A DNA stretch of 64,000 nucleotides from an uncultured bacterium (GTDB lineage: Bacteria > Zhuqueibacterota > QNDG01 > DTFT01), in the NCBI GenBank assembly GCA_963736115.1, contig CAVTNR010000012.1, positions 1-64,000 of the forward strand. The letters are read 5' to 3'. The first letter of the stretch is position 1. The number at the start of each line of letters is the position of its first letter. Both the position numbers and the translations under genes were made by a program. This document shows positions 1 to 10,227 of this stretch, in pieces. Below the pieces are notes generated by a model. That model had not been told where the DNA came from. It was given only the letters and a program-made list of their open reading frames with translations, and made no database searches.

Positions 1-968
1 AAGGCCTGGAGTGGTATTGATTTCGCCGATGATGCCGTTTGATCGTCAGCTGCTCCCCGATGTCTTTCGCGATGATGTCGACGCCGGCGAGTCGCACCCC
101 GATGTTCCGCGTAAGCCTCGAGCAGGCAGCGATGGTCGCAGGGTGAACCTGCCCAGGCAGGCTGTGGTTCTCGGCAGAACTGTTTTCGTTTACGGCACGC
201 TTGAGCACCACGGTCTCGCCGGCTGCTGGCACGCTGCGCGTTGAAAGGCCCTGGGCTGCAAGATAGTGAAGGCATTCCCTGTCTTGCCGGATGGGGCTGA
301 GCGCCGTGAAGGGACGGCCCGGCAGCCGGGCCGCGTTCTCCGCCGTGACCAGTTCCCCAATGCTTCGCATGCCGTCGCCCGTCACGAGGGGTGGATCGCG
401 CCGCACTGCGTCGACCAATTCTCCGTCGAGAAAGAGGAGCCGCCAGCTGTGGCCTTCGACCTGTTCTTCCGCGATCAGCCGGGGATCGAAGCGGGCCGCC
501 GCAAAGGCCGCCCGGCGGAGTGCAGACGGTGACGTGATGCCGGTCGTGACACCGCGGCCACCGCCGGTTCCCGCATTGGGCTTCACCACCAGGGGGCGGC
601 CGGCGCTTTCCAGAAGCTCCATGGCCTTCGTCATGTCTGTGGCGGTGAACCTCACATGGCGCCGGGGAAGCCCTGTTCGGCGATCAGTTCATAGGTCATC
701 GCCTTGTTGCCCATGAGCTTCAGCGTCAGGTGATCGTCCAGCCTGACATCAGGACCACGCACGATGAGAACCGTGCCATTCCGGGTCAGGCGGCTGAAGC
801 CATCGTCCCATTTGCGGAATTCGGCTCCCAGCTCCTGTGCCACATTGGCCCAGAACAGGTCATAGTAGCGCCGGCGCAGTTCCTGGAACCTGACGTGGTA
901 GTCTCGGGCGCATAGAGGATGCGGAGCGAGCGGAACAGGCTGCGGGTGATGGCGTAAGGCAGCATCAT
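1..968 (-). CDS. ATP-grasp ligase, cyanophycin-synthetase-like N-domain plus ATP-grasp (frameshifted; 3' end outside window)
   Basis: Minus-strand fragments GFSRLTRNG...LMGNKAMTYELIAEQGFP and LESAGRPLVVKPNAGTGGGRGVTTGIT (ATP-grasp VVKP/GxGV motif), split across frames. Confidence 0.6.
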
Positions 969-977
969 GTCACCAGA

Positions 978-1732
978 CTATTCGATCAGGCAATGATCGG
1001 CTTCTAGTTGACGGTCCACCCGCTCGTTCGAGAAGCGGCCGGCTTTTACGTCCATCTCGTACTGCTGCATGCGGGCACGATGGGTGCGAAGCCGCATGAT
1101 GGTTTCTTCGGCCACCTCGCGGCGGATAACTGCGATGCCGCTCATGTCGGCCGCAATGATATCGCCGGGATTGACCACGATGCCGCCGCAGGAGACCGCA
1201 TAGTTGAGCTCACCCGGGCCGCGGTGCAGCGGGCCGAAAGGCGTTACGCCGCGAGCGTATACGGGCAGGTCGGCTTCGATCAGGCCGGGCAGGTCGCGCA
1301 CCAGTCCGTCGACGATAAAGCCAGCAATTCCGCGGTGTTTGGCCTTGTTGGTCACGAGATCGCCGAGCACGGCGTTGCGGTGAGCTCGCTGGTGTCAACG
1401 ACGACGATGTCACCGGGCATCGCAGCGTCGAGAGCCTTGTGGACCATGAGGTTGTCGCCCGGAAACACCTTGACTGTGAGGGCAGGGCCGATCAGGCGCT
1501 TGCTGTTGACGATATTCCTGATTTCCGGCGCCATCGTATACATGCGGTTCAGGATGTCGGAAATGTCCGGCGTCTCGAAGTCGCGCAGCATGTTGATGAT
1601 GTGCTGCGGCGGACGCTCGATGTTGAGGCGAATGCGGAAACCGGCGCCGGGAGTCATCTCGGATGACTTGGGGCGTTCCGTGGCTCCCGTATCGGGAGAC
1701 TGCTTACCGAAGTTGCTGGGTATGATGGCCAT
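978..1732 (-). CDS. RraA / HMG-aldolase family protein (frameshift near 1370)
   Basis: GPALTVKVFPGDNLMVHKALD...PGDIVVVD, then LGDLV..AKHRGIAGFIVDGLVRD and VVNPGDIIAADMSG in the next frame. Confidence 0.85.
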
Positions 1733-1881
1733 GATCCTGATCCTCGCAAGTGGAAGTAAATCTTCCGGCTAAAGACGATGCAGGGCAGGTGCCACGGTCG
1801 CAGTGGATTAACCTTGTCGTTAACGCTTTCTTAATGCGATGTGCCGGGGTTAGAATAATCCAAGCAAGGGGAGTTCGCCAG

Positions 1882-2385
1882 ATAGTCTCGAGAGCGATAT
1901 TGCGCAGATCGCGCGGCAGGAGGAGGCGTTGCGCTTCATGAAATTCAGCGAGGCGGACGCCTGGGCGCTGGGCAGCATAATGCGAGCGAGAGCGGAAGAC
2001 CGGAAGATTTCCCTTCGTTATCGATGTTCGAATAGGCGTCCGTCCACTTTTCTACACAGCCTTGCCAGGCTCGACACCGGAGAACCCGGACTGGGTGCGC
2101 CGCAAGGTGAATACGGTTTTGCGTTTCCACAAGTCATCCTACCGCGTGGGCCGTGAATACGAGCTGCAGGGCAAGAAGTTCGAGGCCGCGCGCGGCATCG
2201 ACCCCATGGATTTCGCCAATGCGGGCGGCGGCTTTCCCATTCATCTGAAAGGCACGGGTGTCGTCGGTGTCATTACCGTCTCCGGTGTGCCGCAGCGAGA
2301 AGACCATGGCTTCGTGGTCGAGATGCTTTGCGAGTTCCTCGGGCAGGATCATGGAAGCCTGGCGCTGGTGCCCGAGAACGCCTGA
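1882..2385 (+). CDS. Heme-degrading-domain (UPF0303/GlcG-like) protein (frameshifted)
   Basis: FSEADAWALG...PGSTPENPDWVRRKVNTVLRFHKSSY...GGGFPI...ITVSGVPQREDH. Confidence 0.8.
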
Positions 2386-3129
2386 TGGAACTGGGCGTGC
2401 TTTTCCTTGTGGTCGCTACCATCGCGGCCTTTCTGGTCGGGGCGTCTAAGGGCGGACTGCCAATGGTGGGAGCACTTGGTGTTCCGCTCATGGCGCTCGT
2501 CATGCCGCCGGTTGCCGCTGCCGCCATGCTTCTGCCCGTTTATATCGTCAGCGACATGGTTGGGCTTTGGGCCTATCGGAAACAGTTCGACAAGCCGGAA
2601 CCTCTACATTCTCGTCCCCGCGATGATCTTCGGCGTCGGCATCGGCTGGGCCACGGCGCGCATCACGGCGGAATGGATGGTGACGCTGCTCGTCGGGCTT
2701 GTCGGCCTCTACTATTGCCTGACCATTGTACTCAAGAAGGCCGATGCGCCGCCGAAGCCCGCTGACGTGCCGCGCGGCATTTTCTGGGGCACCATCACGG
2801 GGTTCACGAGTTTCGTGTCTCACACTGGCGGGCCGCCGTATCAGACTTACGTGCTGCCGCAGAAGCTGCCGAAGATGGTGTTCGCGGGCACCAGCACCAT
2901 CGCGTTTGCGGTCATCAATGTGGTGAAGCTCGTGCCTTACTGGGCGCTGGGCCAGTTCAACCCCGGCAATCTCGAACTTGCGGCCATGCTGTCGCCCGTG
3001 GCAATCGTGGGCGCCGTGATCGGCTACAGGCTTACCGCCATCATTCCCGAAAAAGTGTTCTACCGGCTCGTCGAGGTGGCGCTGTTCATCGTGTCGCTGA
3101 AACTCATCTACGACGCGTTGTTCAAGTGA
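2385..3129 (+). CDS. Sulfite exporter TauE/SafE family membrane protein (frameshift near 2595)
   Basis: FLVGASKGGLPMVG...GFTSFVSHTGGPPYQTYVLPQKL; ATG overlaps the upstream TGA. Confidence 0.85.
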
Positions 3130-3825
3130 TCCGCATCGAGCCCGTCACCAGCCTCGACCTTCGCTGCCTGGACGGCGGCTGGGATTTCGCCACCGGAACC
3201 GCGAGGCCATCGACCGGCACTGGCTGGGCATTGTTGCGGAAAAGCCTGCGCTGTGGAACGGGCAGGTGCTGCTGTGCACGGGCGCCAAGGCGGCGAACGG
3301 GCATTTCTCGGCGACCTTCACTGAGACCGACTACGCGAGCTTCGTCGCCTGGCGCGACTGGGGCAGGCCGGATGCGAGCGTCTGCAATTGCTTTGGCGTT
3401 GCTGCCGCATTCTCGTCCGACGGCGCGCTGGTGCTGGGCGTCATGGGCGGCTGGACGCTGAATGCGGGCAAGGCCTATCCGCCCTCGGGCACGCTGGAGC
3501 CGAAGGATGTCCGGGCCGGACGGTTCTGGTCGATCTTTTCGGAAACATGCGGACGGAGTTGCTGGAGGAGACCGGGCTCGATCTTCACCATTCCACTGTC
3601 GGCGAGATCGTCGCGATCTTCGAAGGGCCGCGCCTTGCGATCGCCCGGCGTCATGACTTTGCGCTGAGTTTCGCCGAGATGGAAAAGCGGTTCGCCGCGC
3701 ATTCCGCCAGCGAGGAAAACCCGGAGCTTGCAGCCATTGAACCCGTGCGGGCCGCATCGCAAATCGATTCAAGAATGCCACCCTATGCAGCGGAAATCAT
3801 TCGGTACTTCATTTCCTCAACTTGA
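3126..3825 (+). CDS. NUDIX-like hydrolase (frameshifted)
   Basis: ETDYASFVAWRDWG...SSDGALVLGVMG..TLNAGKAYPPSGTLEP..., then MRTELLEETGL (Nudix box). Confidence 0.75.
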
Positions 3826-3901
3826 GGGTTGACGGCTTGCGCTGCCACTGCAACTTGCGCGTCTGGAGGGGGCTCCAGATAGCAGACGGCGGATTACCAG
3901 A

Positions 3902-5577
3902 ATGACATTGCTACGACGACTTGCCCTCGCGCTGCCACTGGCCGTGGCGGCGTGTTTCATTTCTTTGACACCTGTACAGGCGGAGGAGGGCCAGCGGGTG
4001 ATCCTCGTTCTGGATGCCTCGGGCTCCATGTGGGGGCAGATCGATGGAAAGCCCAAGATGCAGATCGCCAAGGAGGTGGTCGCCAAGGTCGTCGGCAGCT
4101 GGAAGCCGGAGGACGAACTTGGCCTCGTGGCCTATGGCCATCGCAAGAAGGGTGCGTGCGACGACATTGAAGTGCTGGCCGAGCCCGGAAAGCTCGATGC
4201 CGCGTCGTTTCTTGACAGGGTGAACGGCCTCAATCCCAAGGGCAAGACGCCGATGACGCAGGCCGTGCGGCAGGCGGCCGAGGCGCTGAAATATACCGAG
4301 AAGCAGGCGACCGTGATCCTCGTCTCCGATGGCATCGAGACGTGCGACCCGAACCCCTGCGCGGTTGCCGAGGAACTTGAGAAACTGGGCGTTGCACTCA
4401 CCGTTCACACCGTTGGCTTCGGCCTCGACGACAAGGGCGCGGTCGAGCAGCTCAAGTGCCTCGCCGAGAAGACCGGCGGCATCTCGACCATCGCCGACAA
4501 TGCCGACGAACTGAAGGACGCGCTCACCAAGACGGTCGAGGCCAAGACCGAACCTCCGCCGCCGCCGCCTGAACCCGCCGCGCCTGAGTTCAACGTGACG
4601 GGCACGGTCGAGATGGCCGAGGGCGTTGGCTTCCCGCCGAAGTTTTCGACGCCCAACTGGGAGTTCTTCCGTGCCGTGAACGGTGAGAAGGGCGAATGGG
4701 TGAAGACGGAGTATGGCTCGGCGATCAAGACCAGCATCGAGACGCCCGGAGCCTATATCGCCAGGGTTTCTCTCAGTTCTGCTGCCATCGAAGTGCCCTT
4801 CGTTCTGGAGGCCGGAAAGCCGGTTCAGCTCGATGTCAGCCTGGAAGCGGGCGTCGTGCAGTTGAAGGGCATGATGGATGCCCAGACACCGCTGGCCGAA
4901 GGCAAGGGAACGTGGGAACTGCTGACGACCGAGGGCAACTGGCTTGCCACGGAATATGGCCCGCAGGCCGCATTCATGGCGAATGCCGGCACTTACAAGA
5001 TGAGGCTCACGCTGGGCGAGGCGAAGATCGAGCAGGATCTGACGGTCACGCCCGGCAAGATCGACGACGTGGTGATGACGCTGGGTGCCGGTATCGTGCA
5101 GGCGTCGGCTGTCTTCGCGGCGGGCGGCCCTGCGGTTCCCGAAGGCGCAACATTCGAACTGCGCAAGGCCGAGGCCGCTCTCGACGGCAGTCATGAGTGG
5201 ATTGCGACCGAATACCAGTCGCCGTCGCAGTTCAACGTGCCCGCGGGCAAGTACCTGCTGGTGGTGATCCGCGACTACGCCACCGGCTCGACCGAGGTTC
5301 AGGTGACGCCGGGTGGTGTCACCAAGGTCGAGGTCAATCTCGACGGGGGCTATCTGGCGCTTACCGGTCCAGCAGACGCGACATTTGAGGTTTATGGCAG
5401 CGAGAAGGATATCGCGGGCAACCGCAACCGCGGATCGCCACGGAATTCAATGGCCAGTTCAACAAGGCGTTCAATGCCGGCACATACCATGTCGTGGCGA
5501 GCAAGGATGGCACCGTCGTCGCCGAAAAGGACTTCGAGGTGAAGGCGGGGCAGCGCACCGAAGGCACGATCCCCTAA
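3902..5577 (+). CDS. Exported VWA-domain protein with C-terminal repeated beta-sandwich modules (frameshift near 5430)
   Basis: Signal peptide; MIDAS motif DASGSMWG; VILVSDGIETC; Pro-rich linker; repeated W(I/L/V)xTEY modules. Confidence 0.85.
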
Positions 5578-5647
5578 GCACGGCATCGCGGCAATCGGGA
5601 CAATGTTCCGGTTGCCGCATGCTCCGGCCCGCGCAATAGTTCCGGGC

Positions 5648-6556
5648 ATGAAGCTCACATTCCATACCTATGACGTGTTCACCGCCACGGCGTTCGCGGG
5701 CAATCCGCTGGCGATCGTCGAGGATGCCGATGGCCTGAGCGATGCCCAGATGCAGACCATCGCGCGCGAGTTCAATCTCTCCGAGACGATCTTCGTCCTG
5801 AAGCCGAAGGATCCCGCCAATACGGCGAGCGTCCGCATCTTCTTTCCCACCGCCGAGATCCCTTTCGCGGGCCACCCGACAGTGGGCTGCGCCATTCATC
5901 TGGCCCAGAAGAAATACAAGCCGGGCTGCGCTTTCGAGACGACGATCAGGCTTGAGGAGGTGGCGGGTCTTGTGCCGGTGAAGGTCTCGCGCATCGGCGA
6001 CGTGCCGCGCGCGCAGTTCACGGCACCGGTCACGCCCTTCGCCGTCGACATGCCCTTGCCCTCGATCGAGGACACGGCGCGGGCCTTGTCGCTCGAAGTC
6101 TCCGACATCGGCTTTGACGGTCACGGCCTCGGGCTCTTCCAGGGCGGGCCGCGATTCTTCTATGTGCCCCTCAACTCGCGCGCGGCGCTCGCCAGGGCGA
6201 AGGTCATCGAGCCGCACTGGTCGCGCGTGGTGAGTGCCATGGGGATTGGCAATGCCTATCTCTATGTGCGCGGCGGCGACGACCCGAAGACAAGTTTCCG
6301 CGGCCGCATGTATGCGCCCACCGATGGCATCCCCGAAGATCCGGCCACGGGGTCCGCGACCGCGCTTCTGGCGGCCCAGCTCTTGCGGTCCGAGAAGCTT
6401 TCCGATGGCACGCACCGCTGGCAGCTGGAGCAGGGCTATGAGATGGGGCGGCCGTCCGATCTCTGGCTCGAAGCCGATGTTGCGGATGCGAAGCTCACCG
6501 CCGTGCGGGTTGCAGGTCAGGCCGTGCAAATCATGTCGGGTGTGCTAGAAGTCTGA
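5648..6556 (+). CDS. PhzF family isomerase
   Basis: DVFT...GNPLA, AREFNLSETIF, EIPFAGHPTVG, EDPATGSA, QGYEMGRPS. Confidence 0.95.
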   Translation: MKLTFHTYDVFTATAFAGNPLAIVEDADGLSDAQMQTIAREFNLSETIFVLKPKDPANTASVRIFFPTAEIPFAGHPTVGCAIHLAQKKYKPGCAFETTIRLEEVAGLVPVKVSRIGDVPRAQFTAPVTPFAVDMPLPSIEDTARALSLEVSDIGFDGHGLGLFQGGPRFFYVPLNSRAALARAKVIEPHWSRVVSAMGIGNAYLYVRGGDDPKTSFRGRMYAPTDGIPEDPATGSATALLAAQLLRSEKLSDGTHRWQLEQGYEMGRPSDLWLEADVADAKLTAVRVAGQAVQIMSGVLEV

Positions 6557-6600
6557 CGGGGAAGACGAACGGGCGATATTGGGAGGGGGACCAGCCGCCG

Positions 6601-7023
6601 ATGAAGACGATTTTGCTCATCGCTCATCTGATCGCAATTGCCACGGGAACGGGCATGAGCATCGCCAACTACATCAACATCCGCGTCGCCGCCGGCGAGA
6701 AGGGCGAACGCCGCGAGGCTTTGGCCTTCCTGCGCCGCGTGCTTGCGCGCATCGCCGACATCGTCATTCTCGCCATCTGGATCACCGGCATCGGCCTCTG
6801 GCTCAACCTGCCGCCGGCTGACGAGCCCAACAGCTGGTTCGCGGTCAAGCTTGGTTTCGTGGTGCTCCTCACGCTCAGCCATGGCCTTGCCCGGATGACG
6901 GCGGGCCGCATGATGCGCACTGGCGACCAGTCGCTCTACCCGCGCATGGAACTGTTCGTCTCGGGCGTGTGGATGTCGGCGCTGGCCGCCATCATCCTCG
7001 CGGTGCTGGCCTTCGAAACGTGA
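6601..7023 (+). CDS. Small four-TM membrane protein
   Basis: 140-aa ORF with an upstream GGAGG and four hydrophobic segments. Confidence 0.7.
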   Translation: MKTILLIAHLIAIATGTGMSIANYINIRVAAGEKGERREALAFLRRVLARIADIVILAIWITGIGLWLNLPPADEPNSWFAVKLGFVVLLTLSHGLARMTAGRMMRTGDQSLYPRMELFVSGVWMSALAAIILAVLAFET

Positions 7024-7026
7024 GGC

Positions 7027-7270
7027 TTACTCGATCGAGAGCATGGCCTTCGCTTCGGTGAGCACGTCCACGCCTTCCTGCTCGTTGCCCGCGCCGCATA
7101 GCTTGGCCGCCTGGCTCCGCATGTCCTGAACCTGCGCCTTCTGTTCGGCGGGCACGGCATCGGAGGCCAGTGCCTGCGTCGACCTTCTTGAGGTCGTCGT
7201 CGCAGGGGCCAGCGAAAGCAACGCCGGTCGTGAAGGCAAGCAGGACAAGGGCGGTGGCGGCGGCTTTCAT
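7027..7270 (-). CDS. Small exported helical protein with two Cys (frameshift near 7170)
   Basis: Signal peptide MKAAATALVLLAFTTGVAFA-GPCDDDLKKVD continues in another frame as ALASDAVPAEQKAQVQDMRSQAAKLCGAGNEQ. Confidence 0.6.
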
Positions 7271-7557
7271 GGGCGGGCAATCCTCAGAGTTGGTGTTGCG
7301 GCATCATAGACCCTGCGGGGCGGATGATGCCAGACGTCCCGCACGTCTCTGCAAGCCGATTGTGGCGCTTCCGCAACAGGAACCGGTCATTTGAGGGCAT
7401 TCTTGCAGTTTCTGCTTGTGAGCGAGGTGCGACAGGCTAGAGGCCCGCTCCCCGGACGGACACCGCCCGAGCCCAAGCGGGTCAAGCTCGTGAGCTTGCC
7501 TGGCGCAGCGTCTCCCTGAGATCCGTGTGTACCTGGGCCGGAACAGGACGTCCGGTT

Positions 7558-7630
7558 GAGGATGTAGCTCAGCGGTAGAGCGCCGGCGATCCGCCGGAGG
7601 TCGTGGGTTCGAGTCCCGTCGTCTTCTCCA
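7558..7630 (+). ncRNA. tRNA-like element 1 with aberrant anticodon arm and encoded CCA
   Basis: Acceptor GAGGATG/CGTCTTC; D arm GCTC-AGCGGTA-GAGC; CCGGC-GATCC-GCCGG arm with 5-nt loop; T arm GTGGG-TTCGAGT-CCCGT; ends TCCA. Confidence 0.8.
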
Positions 7631-7703
7631 CTGCGAATAGCTCAGTTGGTAGAGCAACAGATTGGACTCTGTTGGTCGAAGGTTCGATTCCTTCTACGCA
7701 CCC
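7631..7703 (+). ncRNA. tRNA-like element 2 with 6-nt anticodon loop, mismatched acceptor stem and no CCA
   Basis: D arm GCTC-AGTTGGTA-GAGC; ACAGA-TTGGAC-TCTGT; T arm GAAGG-TTCGATT-CCTTC; acceptor CTGCGAA/TACGCAC has two mismatches. Confidence 0.75.
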
Positions 7704-7740
7704 GCGGCGTCAAACCCGCAACAGGCTTTAACCTGTCTTT

Positions 7741-7970
7741 GAACTGAGCCTTCCGGAGTGGCTGGCGCAAACCGTCGATACATCCGCGCAAGCGGAGGTG
7801 GAGGTGGTGCAACGCCGCCCGCATCCTGCCTGTGCCGCGGAGTGCCGCCGCAGCGCGCCTCGGGACCTGGCTCTGACGCAGCCCTGGCTGTCAGGCTCCG
7901 TCCCGCTGGCCCGCCGCGCTGGCGCCAAGGCCCGCAAGGTGCCGGTCCAAGGCCGCTCCGGAAGGTGTTC
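7741..7970 (+). ncRNA. Putative multibranch structured RNA upstream of the slipin gene
   Basis: Closing helix CCTTCCGGAGTGGC / GCCGCTCCGGAAGG; internal TCCGC-GCAA-GCGGA, GGTGG-TGCAACG-CCGCC, CAGCGCG/CGCGCTG, GGGAC/GTCCC. Confidence 0.55.
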
Positions 7971-8060
7971 GCAATTCAACCTCAACCTCAAACCCCAAGC
8001 CCAACGACGACAAAGGAAAATCCGCCTCATGCGATGAGCTGACGCGACCGAAGAAGGAGA

Positions 8061-9236
8061 ATGACGATGATCGAAGTCCGCAAGTTTCTGCTCCGCACCC
8101 GGGTCACCGTGCCTGAGGGCGAGCGCGCCATCGTGCTGGTCAACGGCAAGCTCGATACCATTCTCCGTCCGGGGCGTCACTTCTTCACGGCCATCGAAAG
8201 GTCGGTCTCCGTCGAGGCGCATGCGCTGAAGGACCCGGTGTTCAACAGCGGCCTTGAAGGCGCGTTGCGGCAGTCGCGGCCCGATCTGGTGGCCGAGCAC
8301 TTCACCGACGTGCGGACGGGGGCGCAGGAGACTTGCCGTCATCTATCGCGATGGCAAGCTCTACTGGGTGGTGAAGCCCGATTCACGCACGCTGCTGTGG
8401 ACGGATGCCGGGCCGTGGAGCATCGAGACGGTGGACGTCTCGTTGTCGCTCGCGGTGCCGGAGGCGCTGGCCCAGCGGGTCATCGGATCGGGAACGGTCG
8501 ACCGCATCAAGCGCTTCGGCGTGGAGGAGGGCCAGGTGGGCCTGCTCTACATCGAAGGCGCCTTCGCGGGAAGGCTGGAGCCGGGCATGCACTCGTTCTG
8601 GAACGTGGGCCGCACGGTCAACGTGAAGATCGTCGACACGCGCCAGCACGCGCTGGATGTCACGGGCCAGGAAGTGCTGACCCGTGACAAGGTCTCGATC
8701 CGGGTGAACCTCGTGGCGCGCTACCGCGTCACCGATCCGGTGAAGGCGGTGGCCTCGGTGAAGGACTATGCGGATGCGCTTTACCGCGCGCTGCAGCATG
8801 CCTTTCGCCAGTCGCTGGCCGCGAAGACGCTCGACGAACTGCTGTCGCGCAAGGGTGACACCGATGCCGAGGCGGCGGCTCGGCGTGAAGTCCGAGATGG
8901 CGGCGATCGGGATCGAGGTCGCGCGACATCGCCATCAAGGACGTGATCCTGCCGGGCGACATGCGCGAGATCCTGAACAAGGTCGTGACGGCGGAAAAGG
9001 AGGCGGAAGCCAACGTCATCCGCCGCCGCGAGGAGACCAACGCCACGCGTTCGCTGCTCAACACCGCGAAGGTGATGGCGGAGAACCCGGTGATGCTGCG
9101 GCTGAAGGAACTGGAGGCGCTCGAAAAGATCGCCGACAAGGTCCAGTCGCTGACCGTGCATAACGGAACGCGCGGTCTTCTCGACGACCTCGTGTCGCTG
9201 CGGCCCGGCTCCGACACGCCGAAGCCCAAGGCCTGA
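8061..9236 (+). CDS. Slipin / SPFH (band 7) family protein (about three frameshifts)
   Basis: RBS AAGGAG; LEPGMHSFW...VDTRQHALDVTGQEVLTRDKVSIRVN; DVILPGDMREILNKVVTAEKEAEANVIRRREETNATRSLLNTAKVMAENPVMLRLKELEALE. Confidence 0.9.
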
Positions 9237-9241
9237 CGATC

Positions 9242-9276
9242 AGCCCTCCCTCCGCCAAGCCGGGGGGAGGGCGCTC
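9242..9276. terminator. Hairpin between convergent slipin and ABC permease genes
   Basis: GCCCTCCCTCCG...CGGGGGGAGGGC inverted repeat. Confidence 0.5.
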
Positions 9277-9279
9277 TAT

Positions 9280-10227
9280 TCAGCGCTGCTCCTCGCCGCC
9301 TGCGATGACGATGACGGCGATGATCATCACGCCGGTGAGGATGAGCCGGATGCCGGCGCATGCGCCGAAGGTGTTGAGCATCGTGACCAGCAGATACATG
9401 AAGAGCGCCGCGCCCCAGATGCCCGGCACGTTGGCGCGGCCGCCCGCGACGGAGGTTCCGCCGATGACCACGGTGGCAATCGACGCCAGCAGGAATTCCT
9501 CGCCCATGTTGAGGGCGGCACCGCCCGAGAAGCCCGACAGCACGATGCCGCAGATGCCTGCCAGGAAGGCGCTGAGCACATAGGTTGCAAAGCGCGTGGC
9601 ATCGACGTTCATGCCGGCCAGCCATGCGGCGCGCATGTTCTGGCCCACTGCCAGCACGCTGCGGCCATAGACGGTGCGGGCAAGGATGAGCGCGATGACG
9701 GCGCTGATGGCGAGCACGAGGATGGCAACGAGCGGCACGCCCATGATGCGCGTCGTGGCGAATTCGGCCAGCGGGGCAGGCGGCTTGATGCGGATGCCGC
9801 GGCCATAGGAAATGGCGGTCGAGAGGATGAGAAAGCTCGACGACAGGGTGGCGATGATCGGCGGAATGCGCAGCAGGCGGATGAGCGCGTAGTTGAACAT
9901 GCCGACAAGCGTCGCGGCTCCCAAGGCCGCCACGATGCCGAGGATGAGGCGGGCCGATTGCTCGTCCATCACCTTCATGGCGACGACGCCCGAGAGCGTG
10001 ATGGTGGCGGGAATCGACAGGTCCACGTTGCCGGGGCCCGTGGTGATCACCATCATCTGCCCCAGCCCCACGATGATGGTGAAGGTTGCAAATGACAGGG
10101 CGGCGGTGAGGATGGCGGCGGCGCCCTGTCCGCCGGTGTAGGCAATCGTCAGCAGCCACACGGCAAGTGCCGCGGCGAAGGACCAGACCCAGGGCTTGTG
10201 CCGCAGGCGTTGCAGCATGGCGTTCAT
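9280..10227 (-). CDS. Sugar ABC transporter permease
   Basis: GPGNVDLSI; YGRSVLAVGQNMRAAWLAG; SIATVVIGGTSVAGG. Confidence 0.9.
   Translation of the reverse strand: MNAMLQRLRHKPWVWSFAAALAVWLLTIAYTGGQGAAAILTAALSFATFTIIVGLGQMMVITTGPGNVDLSIPATITLSGVVAMKVMDEQSARLILGIVAALGAATLVGMFNYALIRLLRIPPIIATLSSSFLILSTAISYGRGIRIKPPAPLAEFATTRIMGVPLVAILVLAISAVIALILARTVYGRSVLAVGQNMRAAWLAGMNVDATRFATYVLSAFLAGICGIVLSGFSGGAALNMGEEFLLASIATVVIGGTSVAGGRANVPGIWGAALFMYLLVTMLNTFGACAGIRLILTGVMIIAVIVIAGGEEQR

Noticed and set aside
3902-5577. VWA protein as the TROVE-VWA partner of the tRNA-like/slipin locus
   Set aside because: It has a signal peptide, no TROVE domain, and is separated by unrelated genes.
7360-7410. Sigma54 (RtcR-type) promoter for the RNA array
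   Set aside because: Best candidate TGAGGGCATTCTTGCA lacks the invariant GG at -24.
7304-8042. ORFs predicted across the structured region
   Set aside because: Arg/Pro/Ala-rich shadow translations of structured RNA, with no recognisable motifs.
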